Translations under genes and position numbers: made by a program
Part shown: positions 19,348 to 28,943 of the stretch, piece by piece
How positions within the stretch are numbered: position 1 is the stretch's first letter
Layout: each line of letters begins with the position of its first letter
DNA from: Leptonemataceae bacterium
Lineage (GTDB): Bacteria > Spirochaetota > Leptospiria > Leptospirales > Leptonemataceae
Assembly (NCBI GenBank): GCA_965227295.1
Contig: OZ245742.1
Span: 2,656,001-2,720,000, forward strand
Direction: 5' to 3'
Length of the DNA stretch: 64,000 nt
The notes under the pieces: generated by a model
Databases searched by the model: none
Told to the model about the DNA's origin: nothing
The model's input: only the letters and a program-made list of their open reading frames with translations

Positions 19348-19887
19348 ATGTCCGTTCACGAAGTTTACACCGACGCGCCCTCGCCGCCGCCCGCCGGCCT
19401 GCCCGCGCCAGACGAAATCGCTAACATCACACAAACGATTCTTAACGAACACCTGCGCCGCGACGATCTACACGACGCGGGCCTCGTCTTCCTGATCAAC
19501 GTCCTCATCGTCGATGACGCGGAAATCTCCGCCGTAAACGCCGAACATCGCGGCAAACATCGAGCCACCGACGTCCTCAGTTTTCCCATGCTGGACTTTC
19601 CAAACGGGCCCGGCACTTCCGCGCTTCGCGGCGACACGGGCGCGCTGCGCGAACTCGCCGCGGCGTTTCCGGGGCCCGGCGGGGCGATTCATCTCGGCGA
19701 CGTCATGATCTCCCACGAAACCTGTACGCGCCAGGCCGCGGAGATCGGCCACGGCGTGCGCGACGAATTTCTGCGTCTGCTCGTGCACGGCGTGTTGCAT
19801 CTGTTCGGCTACGATCACGAGACGTCCGCCGCAGACGAACAACGCATGCGCGCCCGGGAAGACGAGTTGCATGCCTTAATTGAATAA
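19348..19887 (+). CDS. ybeY: rRNA maturation RNase YbeY
   Basis: ATDVLSFP, LGDVMIS, HGVLHLFGYDH. Confidence 0.96.
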   Translation: MSVHEVYTDAPSPPPAGLPAPDEIANITQTILNEHLRRDDLHDAGLVFLINVLIVDDAEISAVNAEHRGKHRATDVLSFPMLDFPNGPGTSALRGDTGALRELAAAFPGPGGAIHLGDVMISHETCTRQAAEIGHGVRDEFLRLLVHGVLHLFGYDHETSAADEQRMRAREDELHALIE

Positions 19888-19896
19888 ATTGGAAAG

Positions 19897-20406
19897 TTAC
19901 TCCGGATCGTCCGGGAACAGGTCCGCGAGAAAAAACGCGGCCAGATCGCTGCGTCCGGTCATGCCGGACTTTTCATAGATCACCGTCGTTTGATTGCGCA
20001 CGGTACGTTCGCTCTTGTCGTGCAGTCCGGCGATTTGTTTCAGGGAGTAGCCGCGGATCAGTGCGTCGGCAATTCGCTTTTCCGTTTCCGAAAACTTCCA
20101 GCGCTCGAACTGATCCTGCATGGCCTGACGCATGCCCTCGATGGAATCCGCGTGCCGCGAACGAAATTCGGCGAATTCACGTTGCGTGCGTTGCAGACTG
20201 TCGGCGCCGCGCCGGAGCCGCACCTGAAAACCCGACCATAACAGAATCAGCGAAACCAGCGCCGCGCCCAGCATGATCGCTTCGATGATGATGTGCAGAT
20301 CGATCTCGCCGTGTTCCAGAGTGTCCAGAACCACGTCCACGATCGCAAACAGCACGAACATCGTCGTAAAAAACGTAAACCAGAAGCGTATCCTTCGATC
20401 GACCAT
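19897..20406 (-). CDS. Membrane-anchored LuxR-type HTH regulator
   Basis: Two N-terminal TM helices, coiled coil, and E..IA..L..GYS.KQIA....SERTVRNQ HTH. Confidence 0.85.
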   Translation of the reverse strand: MVDRRIRFWFTFFTTMFVLFAIVDVVLDTLEHGEIDLHIIIEAIMLGAALVSLILLWSGFQVRLRRGADSLQRTQREFAEFRSRHADSIEGMRQAMQDQFERWKFSETEKRIADALIRGYSLKQIAGLHDKSERTVRNQTTVIYEKSGMTGRSDLAAFFLADLFPDDPE

Positions 20407-20491
20407 CCCGACCTCGCCTGACCTGCCGGAAAACCGCCCTCGGGACATCCGTCCTATTGCATCGGCGCTTTCTCCGGCGTATGTTTCGTCC

Positions 20492-21766
20492 ATGAAAGTG
20501 AACCGGAGCCGTTGCGCCATTCTGTTTTCATTGGCTATGATGATCGCCGTGCCGTTGCACGCGGACCAGGTCTCGCCGCCGCGTCCGCGCCTGGACGCCG
20601 TCGCCGCGGCGGACCAGGCCCTGGGACGCCTCGAGATCGTGCGCGCCGAAGAACTATGGAACGAGGAACTGCGCATCGCCGCGGAGTACGCCGGGCAGTG
20701 GCGCAATCCTTCGGTGGAGTTCGGTGCCGGACGACGGCACAGCGCCGGGAGTCTCTTCGAAGACGGCGGCAGCGGGCCGGCGTTCTCCGTCACCGTCAGC
20801 CAGCCGTTGTACTTTCCGGGTAAGAGCGCGCGCCGGGAAGAGTTGATCGAGGCGCAGCGTCGCCTCGCCGCACTAAGCATAGAAGAAAAAAAGTTAGTGA
20901 TTCGCTACAGAATCATCCGCCTCGCCTACGAACATGCGTCGGCGGAGCGCCTGCACGAACTGGCCGGGCGTCGCGTGCGCCGCTTTCGTCTCATGGAACG
21001 TTTTCTTGCTGGACGACGTGCCGTGAGTCCGGCCCGGCGTACCGAGCGGGACATCGTGCGGCGGCGGCTGCGCATCCTGGAACGCGGGCTGCACGAAATC
21101 GAGGTGGGCCGCAACGTCCTGCGCCGCCGTCTCGCCCTCTACACCGGTGACGACCTGGACGTTACGGTGCGCTGGCCGTTGCGCGGCATTGTCCTCGAGC
21201 GTGATGTGCTCATGCAACGTGCATTGCAGCAGAGCCCGCGTTACCTGAAAGAACGAGCCCGCTCCGCCGAACTCGCCGCGGAGTTACGCCTGGCCGAACG
21301 CGAGGCCTATCCGGACATGGAAGTCTTCGCCACCCTGGAAAACGCGCCGGCCGAACAGTACGTCGGGGCCGGCCTGCGTTTTGCGATTCCCCTGTTTGAT
21401 CGCAATCAATCTACAACGCGCCGCCTGGAAGTCCGCCGGGATGCGGCGCAACTGCGAACGCAATTCGCGGAGCGGGAACTGCGGGAGCTTCTGGAGATCG
21501 CCTGCATCGAGTTCGAGCACAGCCTGGAGGCGCTGCAAACATTTCCACTAACATTAGAAAATATAACATTAAAAGAGATGGATGCCGTCGACCTGGGCTT
21601 TCGCCGGGGCCGCGTCGACCTCCTGCCGTATCTGGAAGCAGACGAGCAGGCCTTTGAAACGTTGCGGGCCGTCTACGCGGTGCGCCTGGACTACATCCAC
21701 AACTACACGGAACTGCTCATGCTCTCCGGCGATTCGCGCTTTATATACGAGGAGGCCGCAGAATGA
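20492..21766 (+). CDS. TolC/CzcC family outer-membrane factor
   Basis: Signal peptide, NP..., SQPL..GK, IPLFDRNQ motifs; coupled to the RND gene. Confidence 0.88.
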   Translation: MKVNRSRCAILFSLAMMIAVPLHADQVSPPRPRLDAVAAADQALGRLEIVRAEELWNEELRIAAEYAGQWRNPSVEFGAGRRHSAGSLFEDGGSGPAFSVTVSQPLYFPGKSARREELIEAQRRLAALSIEEKKLVIRYRIIRLAYEHASAERLHELAGRRVRRFRLMERFLAGRRAVSPARRTERDIVRRRLRILERGLHEIEVGRNVLRRRLALYTGDDLDVTVRWPLRGIVLERDVLMQRALQQSPRYLKERARSAELAAELRLAEREAYPDMEVFATLENAPAEQYVGAGLRFAIPLFDRNQSTTRRLEVRRDAAQLRTQFAERELRELLEIACIEFEHSLEALQTFPLTLENITLKEMDAVDLGFRRGRVDLLPYLEADEQAFETLRAVYAVRLDYIHNYTELLMLSGDSRFIYEEAAE

Positions 21767-24700
21767 ATCGGCTCGTTACATTTTCCCTGCACAACCGCCC
21801 GTTCGTGTTCGGAGCGACGTTGCTCATCGCGCTCGCCGGAATGTACTTCGCGTTGCATTTGCCCGTCGACGCCGTGCCGGACATTACCGGCGTGCAGGTC
21901 GTCGTGAATACGGAAACCGGAGCCATGGATCCCGCCCAGGTCGAAAGTTCGGTTACGTATCCCATCGAAACGGAACTCGCCGGATTGCCCGGTGTCACCG
22001 AGGTTCGTTCGTTATCCCGCTTCGGATTATCCCAGGTCGTGGCGACGTTCCGGGAGGGGACGGACATCTATCATGCGCGGACGTTGACGGCGCAGCGATT
22101 GCAGAGTGCGCGCGAGGCCTTACCGGGCGGCGCATCACCGGAGCTCGGTCCCATCGCCACGGGACTCGGCGAAGTTTTTCTCTACGTACTCAGCGCGAAA
22201 GAGGGCAGCGCGCTCGCGCAGAAGAGCGAAAGCGAACGCCTGTTGTACCTGCGAACGGTGCAGGACTTCACGGTCAAGCCGTACCTCAAGGCGCGCATTC
22301 CGAACATCGCCGAGATCGATACCATCGGCGGCTACAAAAAAGAAATACACGTGGAGTTCGTGCCGTCTCGTCTCGCGCAAGTCGGTGTCACCCTCGAACA
22401 ACTGAGCGACGCCCTCGAAACCATCGGTGAAAACTTCGGCGGCGGCACCATTCAGCGGGATGGTCGCAATATCATCGTACGCACGAACGGTCTCGTGGAC
22501 GATCTCGCCGTCGTTCGCAGTACCGCGGTCTCGCTCAACGTCTACGGCGCGCCGATCCGCGTGGGAGATGTGGCCGCCGTACGCGAGAGTCACGTGCAAC
22601 GTACCGGAGCCGCCACGTACAACGGCGAAGAGACCGTGCTCGGTACGGTGCTTATGTTGCTCGGCGCGAATTCCCGCGACGTCGCCCTGGCCGCGCGGGA
22701 GGCGGCGGCGCAGGTACCGTTGCCGCCGGATGTCGAACTCGTGCCGGTCTACTCCCGCGACTACCTGGTCACGACGACCATCGGTACGGTGCTGAAGAAT
22801 CTCGGCGAGGGTGCCGCGCTGGTCATCCTTGTCCTGTTCTTGATCCTCGGACACTTTCGCGCGGCGTTGATCGTGTCCCTGGCGATTCCGTTGTCGATGC
22901 TGGTGGCGGCCGCGGGAATGTTTCGCTACGAAATCTCGGCGAACCTCATGAGCCTCGGCGCCCTGGACTTCGGTCTGCTCGTGGACGCCTCGGTGGTGAT
23001 CATCGAGAACGTACTGCGTCGCCTGGAGGAGGAACCGCAGTTGGCCGAAGCACCGCTCGCCGAAAAGATCGACGCGGTCGGCCGGGCCTGTCGCGAGGTG
23101 GTGCGCCCCGTTAGCTTCGGATTACTAATTATTATGGCGGTGTACGTACCGATTCTCGGTCTCGAAGGCATCGAAGGCAAAATGTTCCGTCCCATGGCGT
23201 TGACGGTACTCATGGCCCTCGGCGCCTCCCTGGTAACGGCCCTGGGTCTCATGCCGGCTCTCGCGCTCACGTTTTTGTTGCATCGGCCGCGGCGAGCTCA
23301 CAAAGAACCGGTCCTGTTGCGTTACGCGAAGGCGGCATACCGGCCGCTTCTCGATCTCAGCCTCCGCCGCCCGCTGTTTATTCTGCTACCCACGGTATTG
23401 ATCGGCGTGCTGAGCGTCTTCGCCTTCCTCGGCCTCGGCGCGGCCTTTGTTCCACGCCTCGGCGAGGGTGATCTGCTCGTAAGTTTCGTGCGGGACTCGG
23501 GCATGTCGCTCCGCCGTAGCATCGAACTCCAAAAGAAAAGTGAGGAGATCTTAAGCAGTTACCCGGAAATCGAGCGGGTGTTCGCCCGCATCGGGACGGC
23601 GGAGTCGGCCACGGATCCCATGGGCGTTTATATGGGCGATACCTTCGCGATTCTGGAGAAAGATACATCGCGCTGGCGGCCGGGAGTGAGCCTGGAAGAT
23701 CTGCGCGCGGAACTCCGCGCGAAACTCGGCGCGGAGGTGCCGGGCCAGGAGATTACGGTGTCCCAGCCCATCGAGTTTCGGTTCAACGAATTGCTGGAGG
23801 GCAGCCGCGCCGACGTCAACGTAAGGATCTTCGGGCGTAACTTAGAGAGTCTGTTTCAATACCAGGAGCAGGCCCGGGAGTTGCTCGCGAATCTGCCCGG
23901 CGTGGAAGCCGCGGAACTGGACGCCATTACGGCGCTGCGGCGGGGACCGTTGCTCGATATTCGTTTGCGCACCGACGTGTTGCCCCGGTACGGATTGCAG
24001 TCGCGGCACGTGAACCATGCCCTGGAAACCGCCATGGGCGGCCGGCGTGTCGGATCGTTTTACGAAGAAGACCGGCGTTTTCCCATCGTCGTGCGCCTGG
24101 CCCCGGAGTTGCGCCGGCAGAGCGCGGCGCTGCGCAGCATTCCGGTCTCCCTGGGAGACGGCGGAACAGCCCCGCTCGGAGAACTCACCACGGTCAGCGA
24201 GCACGAGGGCATCGTGAATATTGCCCGCAACGGGGCGCGGCGTTACGCGGCGGTGGCCGTAGAACTGAACGCCCGGGGCAATGCGAACGTTCTCGACTTC
24301 GTGGAGCGCGCCCGCCGGGAACTGGACGACAAACTGCAACTCCCTGAAGGTTACTACACGGAGTGGGGCGGTCAGTTCCGCAACCTCGAACGCGCCCGGG
24401 CGCGCTTAACGGTCGTGGTGCCGGTGGTGATGATCGTAATCTTTATTCTGATTCTGCGCAACACCGGCAGTCTGCGCCAGACGGCGTTGATCTTTTTGAG
24501 CGTGCCGTTGGCGTTGTCCGGCGGCATCCTCGCGTTGTACCTGCGCGGCATCGAGTTCAGTGTCTCGGCGACGGTGGGATGCATCGCGCTCTCGGGCATT
24601 GCGATCCTGAACGCCATGGTGATGGTGTCGTTCTTCAATCAACTGTTGCGGGAGGGCGCGAGTCCGGAGGAGGCCGTGCGCCGGGGAGCCCTCACGCGTC

Positions 24701-24894
24701 TGCGGCCGGTGCTCATGACGGCCCTCGTGGCGAGCCTGGGCTTTCTGCCCATGGCCATCAACACCGGTCTCGGAGCCGGGGTGCAGCGTCCCCTGGCCAC
24801 GGTGGTCGTGGGCGGACTCTTAACAGCTACCGTGTTGACATTACTGCTGCTGCCGGCGTTGTATCTGTGGATGCATCGCAAAGAAGGGCGATGA
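21763..24894 (+). CDS. czcA: CusA/CzcA family heavy-metal RND permease
   Basis: LPVDAVPDIT, SANLMSLGALDFGLLVD, RLRPVLMTA, VQRPLATVVVGG; 1043 aa. Confidence 0.93.
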   Translation: MNRLVTFSLHNRPFVFGATLLIALAGMYFALHLPVDAVPDITGVQVVVNTETGAMDPAQVESSVTYPIETELAGLPGVTEVRSLSRFGLSQVVATFREGTDIYHARTLTAQRLQSAREALPGGASPELGPIATGLGEVFLYVLSAKEGSALAQKSESERLLYLRTVQDFTVKPYLKARIPNIAEIDTIGGYKKEIHVEFVPSRLAQVGVTLEQLSDALETIGENFGGGTIQRDGRNIIVRTNGLVDDLAVVRSTAVSLNVYGAPIRVGDVAAVRESHVQRTGAATYNGEETVLGTVLMLLGANSRDVALAAREAAAQVPLPPDVELVPVYSRDYLVTTTIGTVLKNLGEGAALVILVLFLILGHFRAALIVSLAIPLSMLVAAAGMFRYEISANLMSLGALDFGLLVDASVVIIENVLRRLEEEPQLAEAPLAEKIDAVGRACREVVRPVSFGLLIIMAVYVPILGLEGIEGKMFRPMALTVLMALGASLVTALGLMPALALTFLLHRPRRAHKEPVLLRYAKAAYRPLLDLSLRRPLFILLPTVLIGVLSVFAFLGLGAAFVPRLGEGDLLVSFVRDSGMSLRRSIELQKKSEEILSSYPEIERVFARIGTAESATDPMGVYMGDTFAILEKDTSRWRPGVSLEDLRAELRAKLGAEVPGQEITVSQPIEFRFNELLEGSRADVNVRIFGRNLESLFQYQEQARELLANLPGVEAAELDAITALRRGPLLDIRLRTDVLPRYGLQSRHVNHALETAMGGRRVGSFYEEDRRFPIVVRLAPELRRQSAALRSIPVSLGDGGTAPLGELTTVSEHEGIVNIARNGARRYAAVAVELNARGNANVLDFVERARRELDDKLQLPEGYYTEWGGQFRNLERARARLTVVVPVVMIVIFILILRNTGSLRQTALIFLSVPLALSGGILALYLRGIEFSVSATVGCIALSGIAILNAMVMVSFFNQLLREGASPEEAVRRGALTRLRPVLMTALVASLGFLPMAINTGLGAGVQRPLATVVVGGLLTATVLTLLLLPALYLWMHRKEGR

Positions 24895-24895
24895 C

Positions 24896-25957
24896 TCACT
24901 TCGCCGCGTAGATCCGGTCTTTGCCGTCGCTCTTCGCACGATACAGGGCCTGGTCGGCCGCGAGAAAGACCTCGCCCGGTTGTCGGCCGTGCCGCGGGTA
25001 GTGCGCGATGCCGCCGCTGATCGTAACCTTTCCGTGAGTAAACTTAGAGGAACGCACGGCCTCCATGAATCTTGCGGCCGTGCGCAGGGCCTGTTCGCTG
25101 TCGGTTTCGGGGAGGATGACCACGAATTCCTCGCCGCCGTAGCGACAGGGCACGTCCTCTTCTCGAAACGTGGCAAGCATCAACGCGCCGATGGTTCGCA
25201 TGACCTCGTCCCCCTCGGCGTGGCCGAAGTTGTCGTTGTAGTACTTAAAGTCGTCGATGTCCACCACCAGCACCGCCACGCTGTGACCGTAACGTTCGGC
25301 GCGATGCACTTCTTGCAGCAACGAACGATCCAGATAACGACGATTGTAGAGGCCGGTGAGGGCGTCCTGGAACGAACTGCGGATCATGTCCTCGAAGGTG
25401 CTGATCTCCACGAGCTTCGGATTGTGCAGCACCGGATTCACGTAGAGAAAGTAATCCACCATGGCGACGCGAAACGGAACCGGTCGGCCCATGGCCCGGG
25501 ACATGCCGTGGGTATGGTTCACGATCTCTTCCCAGTAGGTATGCGCTTCTTCGCCGTCGAATTCCTGGTGGACCAGCAAACGAAAGAAGTCCGTATAAAA
25601 ACGTTCGCCCTCGTCTGCGATGAGCGACTCCAGTTCCTTGAAGGCTTGTTTGCCGGATCCCAGGGCCCTTAAGATGCGATCTTCGAGAGTTACTTCGACG
25701 GGGCGCCGGCTGCTCTGCATTTGCTGGCGCAGTTGGAGGATCTCATCTTGCGGAAGTTCGTGCACTTCCTCGTAAGCGGAGATGATGCGATTGGCCTTCA
25801 CGAGTTCGCGTTCGCTCTGCCGCGCGATGTGTTCGTAGGCGGAGAGCAATTTGCGCAGTCGTGTAATCTCCTGCTGCGCCGCGCCCGGGTCCGTAAGAGT
25901 GTTCAGATCTTCGGGTGGTTGCTGTGCATCGCCGGAATTTTGCGCGGGCCTGCTCAT
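24896..25957 (-). CDS. Diguanylate cyclase (GGDEF)
   Basis: DALTGLYNRR, DIDDFK..ND.FGH..GD, RYGGEEF with RxxD I-site. Confidence 0.95.
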   Translation of the reverse strand: MSRPAQNSGDAQQPPEDLNTLTDPGAAQQEITRLRKLLSAYEHIARQSERELVKANRIISAYEEVHELPQDEILQLRQQMQSSRRPVEVTLEDRILRALGSGKQAFKELESLIADEGERFYTDFFRLLVHQEFDGEEAHTYWEEIVNHTHGMSRAMGRPVPFRVAMVDYFLYVNPVLHNPKLVEISTFEDMIRSSFQDALTGLYNRRYLDRSLLQEVHRAERYGHSVAVLVVDIDDFKYYNDNFGHAEGDEVMRTIGALMLATFREEDVPCRYGGEEFVVILPETDSEQALRTAARFMEAVRSSKFTHGKVTISGGIAHYPRHGRQPGEVFLAADQALYRAKSDGKDRIYAAK

Positions 25958-26093
25958 ACGGGATTCCTCAGATACCGCGACAGCCTGTGCGGGGCCACCA
26001 CAATTTCCGCGGCGCGGCCTTCGTAAAAGTACTGGCGAAAAATCTCAGCGTCGGTTAATATTCATTTATAGCTCCGTCGTTAATATAAACAGC

Positions 26094-26987
26094 ATGAACG
26101 CACGCATTCTCAATCTGGCGGTCGCCGCCGTTTTATGTCTCGGACTTGTTCTGCCCGGCCATGCCCAGGACGGCGATGTGCAGGGTCCGGACCCCGCGGG
26201 TCAGGACGTGAACGCCATGGCGCTCTCCCCGGAGAACATATCATTTCGGCGGGCGCGCGACCTGGCGCGAGAAAGCGGGTTCGCGGATCTCGAAATCGAC
26301 ATGATGCACGGCCGGCTCGGCCGCCAGGCGGCGACCACGCTTACGATCCCCGGCGTGCCCGAAGAGCCGGGCGAGTTCTACGAACTGTTGGCCACCTCGG
26401 ATGCGCGGCTCATCCTGAAGGGCGAGGACTCCCACGGTAAACCCTACGTGCGGGTGACGTTGCGCGAGGGCAATACCTTCAGCACGGACGTCTTTCCGAA
26501 GCGCTACGTCTTTCGCGCGCATGCGTATCTTTTTCCGTCCGAGGACGGGAGCGAACTGAGCAAAGTCATCTTTCAGTTTTATCGCATCAACTACGGCGGC
26601 AGTTCCTACAAACGTGAACTGCGCCGGCTCATTCACCCGAATCCGAAGAACCTGGCGCGGGCCGAGGGCAAAGAACTCACGGTCGACCTGGATCTGCTGA
26701 ACAACAGCGACATCACCCTGGAGTACTTCGAGGAAGCGTCCACGGTACAGCCGACCTGGGAAGGCCCTGACGGCGTGCCGCTGCCCGAGATCACGCAGAT
26801 CGAGCCGAAGGAACGCGTGCAGCTTGTGAATCCGGACACCCCGCTGAACTACGACGAGCAAATCCGCCTCATGGTCCGCTACAAACGTCTGTTGCGCACG
26901 GTCTCCCGGTTGCTCGAAGCCCGCATCAAGTCTCACGAACTCGACCGCGAGATGATCATCGAACAACTGCTGGATTTCCCGACCTGA
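26094..26987 (+). CDS. Exported hypothetical protein
   Basis: Sec signal peptide ending GHA-Q; host-like codon usage. Confidence 0.8.
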   Translation: MNARILNLAVAAVLCLGLVLPGHAQDGDVQGPDPAGQDVNAMALSPENISFRRARDLARESGFADLEIDMMHGRLGRQAATTLTIPGVPEEPGEFYELLATSDARLILKGEDSHGKPYVRVTLREGNTFSTDVFPKRYVFRAHAYLFPSEDGSELSKVIFQFYRINYGGSSYKRELRRLIHPNPKNLARAEGKELTVDLDLLNNSDITLEYFEEASTVQPTWEGPDGVPLPEITQIEPKERVQLVNPDTPLNYDEQIRLMVRYKRLLRTVSRLLEARIKSHELDREMIIEQLLDFPT

Positions 26988-27031
26988 GCCGGGCCGCTCC
27001 GAAGAAGAAGAAGGGGAAAACTACACAGGAA

Positions 27032-27299
27032 TTTTTTGGGCGTCTGCCCCGCCGCGCCGCGGTAGCGGCGGGGCACCGCGCTGCTACGGGCTCCGCTGTC
27101 GCTGCGGTCGCGCTGCGCGCGACGGCCTTCGGCCCCCTGCGCACCGCTGACGCGAAGAGGTAGAGCCATAGATTCCGATTCTTCGCGTCAGCGATTGGAG
27201 CGATGGCCGAAGGCCAGTCTCGCGTCTTCGCGAGACCGGAGCGAAGCGGAGTCGCGGATGTCCCCGCCGCCTGGGCCTGGCGGCGGGGAGACGCCCAAA
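27032..27299. repeat. REPIN-like doublet of ~120-bp multi-hairpin repeats (family B)
   Basis: Outer IR TTTGGGCGTCT/AGACGCCCAAA, inner IR CGCTGACGCGAAGA/TCTTCGCGTCAGCG, with nested GC hairpins. Confidence 0.85.
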
Positions 27300-27401
27300 G
27301 CAAGAACACCTTAATCTTCCCTCTCATCTTCACGGGTCGTCCCCGTACTTCTTGACGGCAGAAGGTCGCCGGTAACATTGCCCATTCTAAGGAAAACTAC
27401 C

Positions 27402-27674
27402 GTGAGAACCTACGAACTCATCACGATCATCGATCCGGCGCGGCTGGATGAAGGCAAAAAGGCCCTCGACGATATTCAGGCCCGCTACCAGGGAAAAACG
27501 GCGAGCGAAGACGATTGGGGCGACAAGCGCATGCCCCACGACGACGGCACCATGCCCATGGGCCGTTTTCTGTTCCGCACGCTGGAAATGGCGCCGGAAA
27601 AGGTCGCCGAGTTTACCCGCGAACTGAACATCCACGCGGCCATTGCCCGGCACATGATCCACGTAACGAACTAA
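27402..27674 (+). CDS. rpsF: 30S ribosomal protein S6
   Basis: GTG start; RTYELITIIDP, DWG.KR; lies upstream of ssb; sequence is divergent. Confidence 0.88.
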   Translation: MRTYELITIIDPARLDEGKKALDDIQARYQGKTASEDDWGDKRMPHDDGTMPMGRFLFRTLEMAPEKVAEFTRELNIHAAIARHMIHVTN

Positions 27675-27676
27675 GA

Positions 27677-28192
27677 GTGGCCACCGATCTCAACAGCGTG
27701 CAACTCATCGGGCGGCTGACCCGGGATCCCGAGCTCCGGCAGACCGGCGGCGGGACTTCCTATTGCCGCTTCGGCATCGCCAACAATCGCAACTACACGA
27801 CGAACGGCGAGCGCCGCGAAGAGGTCTCGTTTTTCAACTGTGTCGCCTGGGGTCGCCAGGCGGAAATCATCAACCAGTACTGCCGCAAGGGCAAGCAGGT
27901 GGCCATCAACGGTCGGTTGCAGCAGCGCTCCTGGGAAGGCCAGGACGGCAAAAAGAACTCCACGGTGGATGTCGTGGTCGAAAACCTCCAGATGCTCGGC
28001 GCGCCCGGTGGCAGCGGCGGCGGTGGGGGAGACGACTACGGCGCCGGTGGTGGATACGGTGGCGGTCACAGCCCCGGTTACTCGTCCGAACCGTCACAGG
28101 GTTATGGCGGCGGGAATCAGGGCGGTGGTTTCAACGAACCGGCCCCCTCGTATGCCGGTGACGGCATGGACGACGACGACATCCCGTTCTGA
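27677..28192 (+). CDS. ssb: Single-stranded DNA-binding protein
   Basis: N.V.LIGRLTRDPELR, Gly-rich linker, C-terminal DDDIPF. Confidence 0.97.
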   Translation: MATDLNSVQLIGRLTRDPELRQTGGGTSYCRFGIANNRNYTTNGERREEVSFFNCVAWGRQAEIINQYCRKGKQVAINGRLQQRSWEGQDGKKNSTVDVVVENLQMLGAPGGSGGGGGDDYGAGGGYGGGHSPGYSSEPSQGYGGGNQGGGFNEPAPSYAGDGMDDDDIPF

Positions 28193-28228
28193 TGTCGCGT
28201 AAACGAACTATTAATATAGAGGAAAGTC

Positions 28229-28864
28229 ATGAAAGTCATCTTGCAAAAGGACGTGCCGAACCTGGGCGACGCGGGCGAAATCAAGGAAGTGTCCAGCGGT
28301 TACGCTCGCAACTACCTGCTGCCGCGGAACCTGGTCATCCCGGCTACCGCTCGTTCCCGCGCCGCGCTCGCGCACCACAAGCGCCTCATGGAATCGAAGG
28401 CGAAGAAACGCGAAGCGCAAATGCAGGAACTCGCCGGTTCCATGAAGGACATCCAGGACATCGAGATTCCGGTGCGCGTCGGCGCGAACAAGAAGATGTA
28501 CGGCTCCGTCACCTCCGCTCAGATCGCGCAGATCCTGAGCGACAAGGGATTCCCCATCGACAAACGCAAAGTTGAAATGGGCGATAAGATCCGCGCCATC
28601 GGAACCTACAGCATCAAGGTCAAACTCGCGGAAAAGATCAGCGTGCCCCTCGAAATCAACGTCGTTCCGGACGAAGCCTCGGAGGCGGAGATCGCCGAGG
28701 AAGAAGCCCAGGAAGCCGCGCGCCTCGAACGCGAAAAGGCCCACGCGGATGCCGTCGCGAAAGCCGAGAGTGGCGAGACCGACGAAGACGAGGCGGCCGA
28801 AGGCGAGGCTGATGAGGGCGAGGTTGCTGAGGGCGAAAGCGAAGGCGAAGCTACCGAAGAGTAA
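28229..28864 (+). CDS. rplI: 50S ribosomal protein L9 with acidic C-terminal tail
   Basis: MKVILQKDV.NLG..GEIKEV..GYARNYLLP; KMYGSVT. Confidence 0.97.
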   Translation: MKVILQKDVPNLGDAGEIKEVSSGYARNYLLPRNLVIPATARSRAALAHHKRLMESKAKKREAQMQELAGSMKDIQDIEIPVRVGANKKMYGSVTSAQIAQILSDKGFPIDKRKVEMGDKIRAIGTYSIKVKLAEKISVPLEINVVPDEASEAEIAEEEAQEAARLEREKAHADAVAKAESGETDEDEAAEGEADEGEVAEGESEGEATEE

Positions 28865-28873
28865 GAAGCATCT

Positions 28874-28896
28874 ACCCGAGGATCGAGGGTCCGAGG
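28874..28896 (+). repeat. Family A arm (degenerate)
   Basis: ACCCGAGGATCGAGGGTCCGAGG. Confidence 0.65.
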
Positions 28897-28908
28897 AAAT
28901 CAAAGAAG

Positions 28909-28943
28909 AGGCGGCGTTCCTGTTTTGGGACGGCGCCTTTTTT
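28909..28943 (+). terminator. Rho-independent terminator after rplI
   Basis: AGGCG-G-CGTTCC / GGGACG-G-CGCCT stem followed by a T tract. Confidence 0.7.

Noticed and set aside
19897..20880. Extended 327-aa and 497-aa versions of the LuxR and TolC ORFs overlapping head-to-head
   Set aside because: Starts at 20406 and 20492 give TM/signal N-termini and an 85-bp divergent gap
27352..27378. Sigma70 promoter TTGACG...TAACAT before rpsF
   Set aside because: Spacer is only 15 bp; too weak to call
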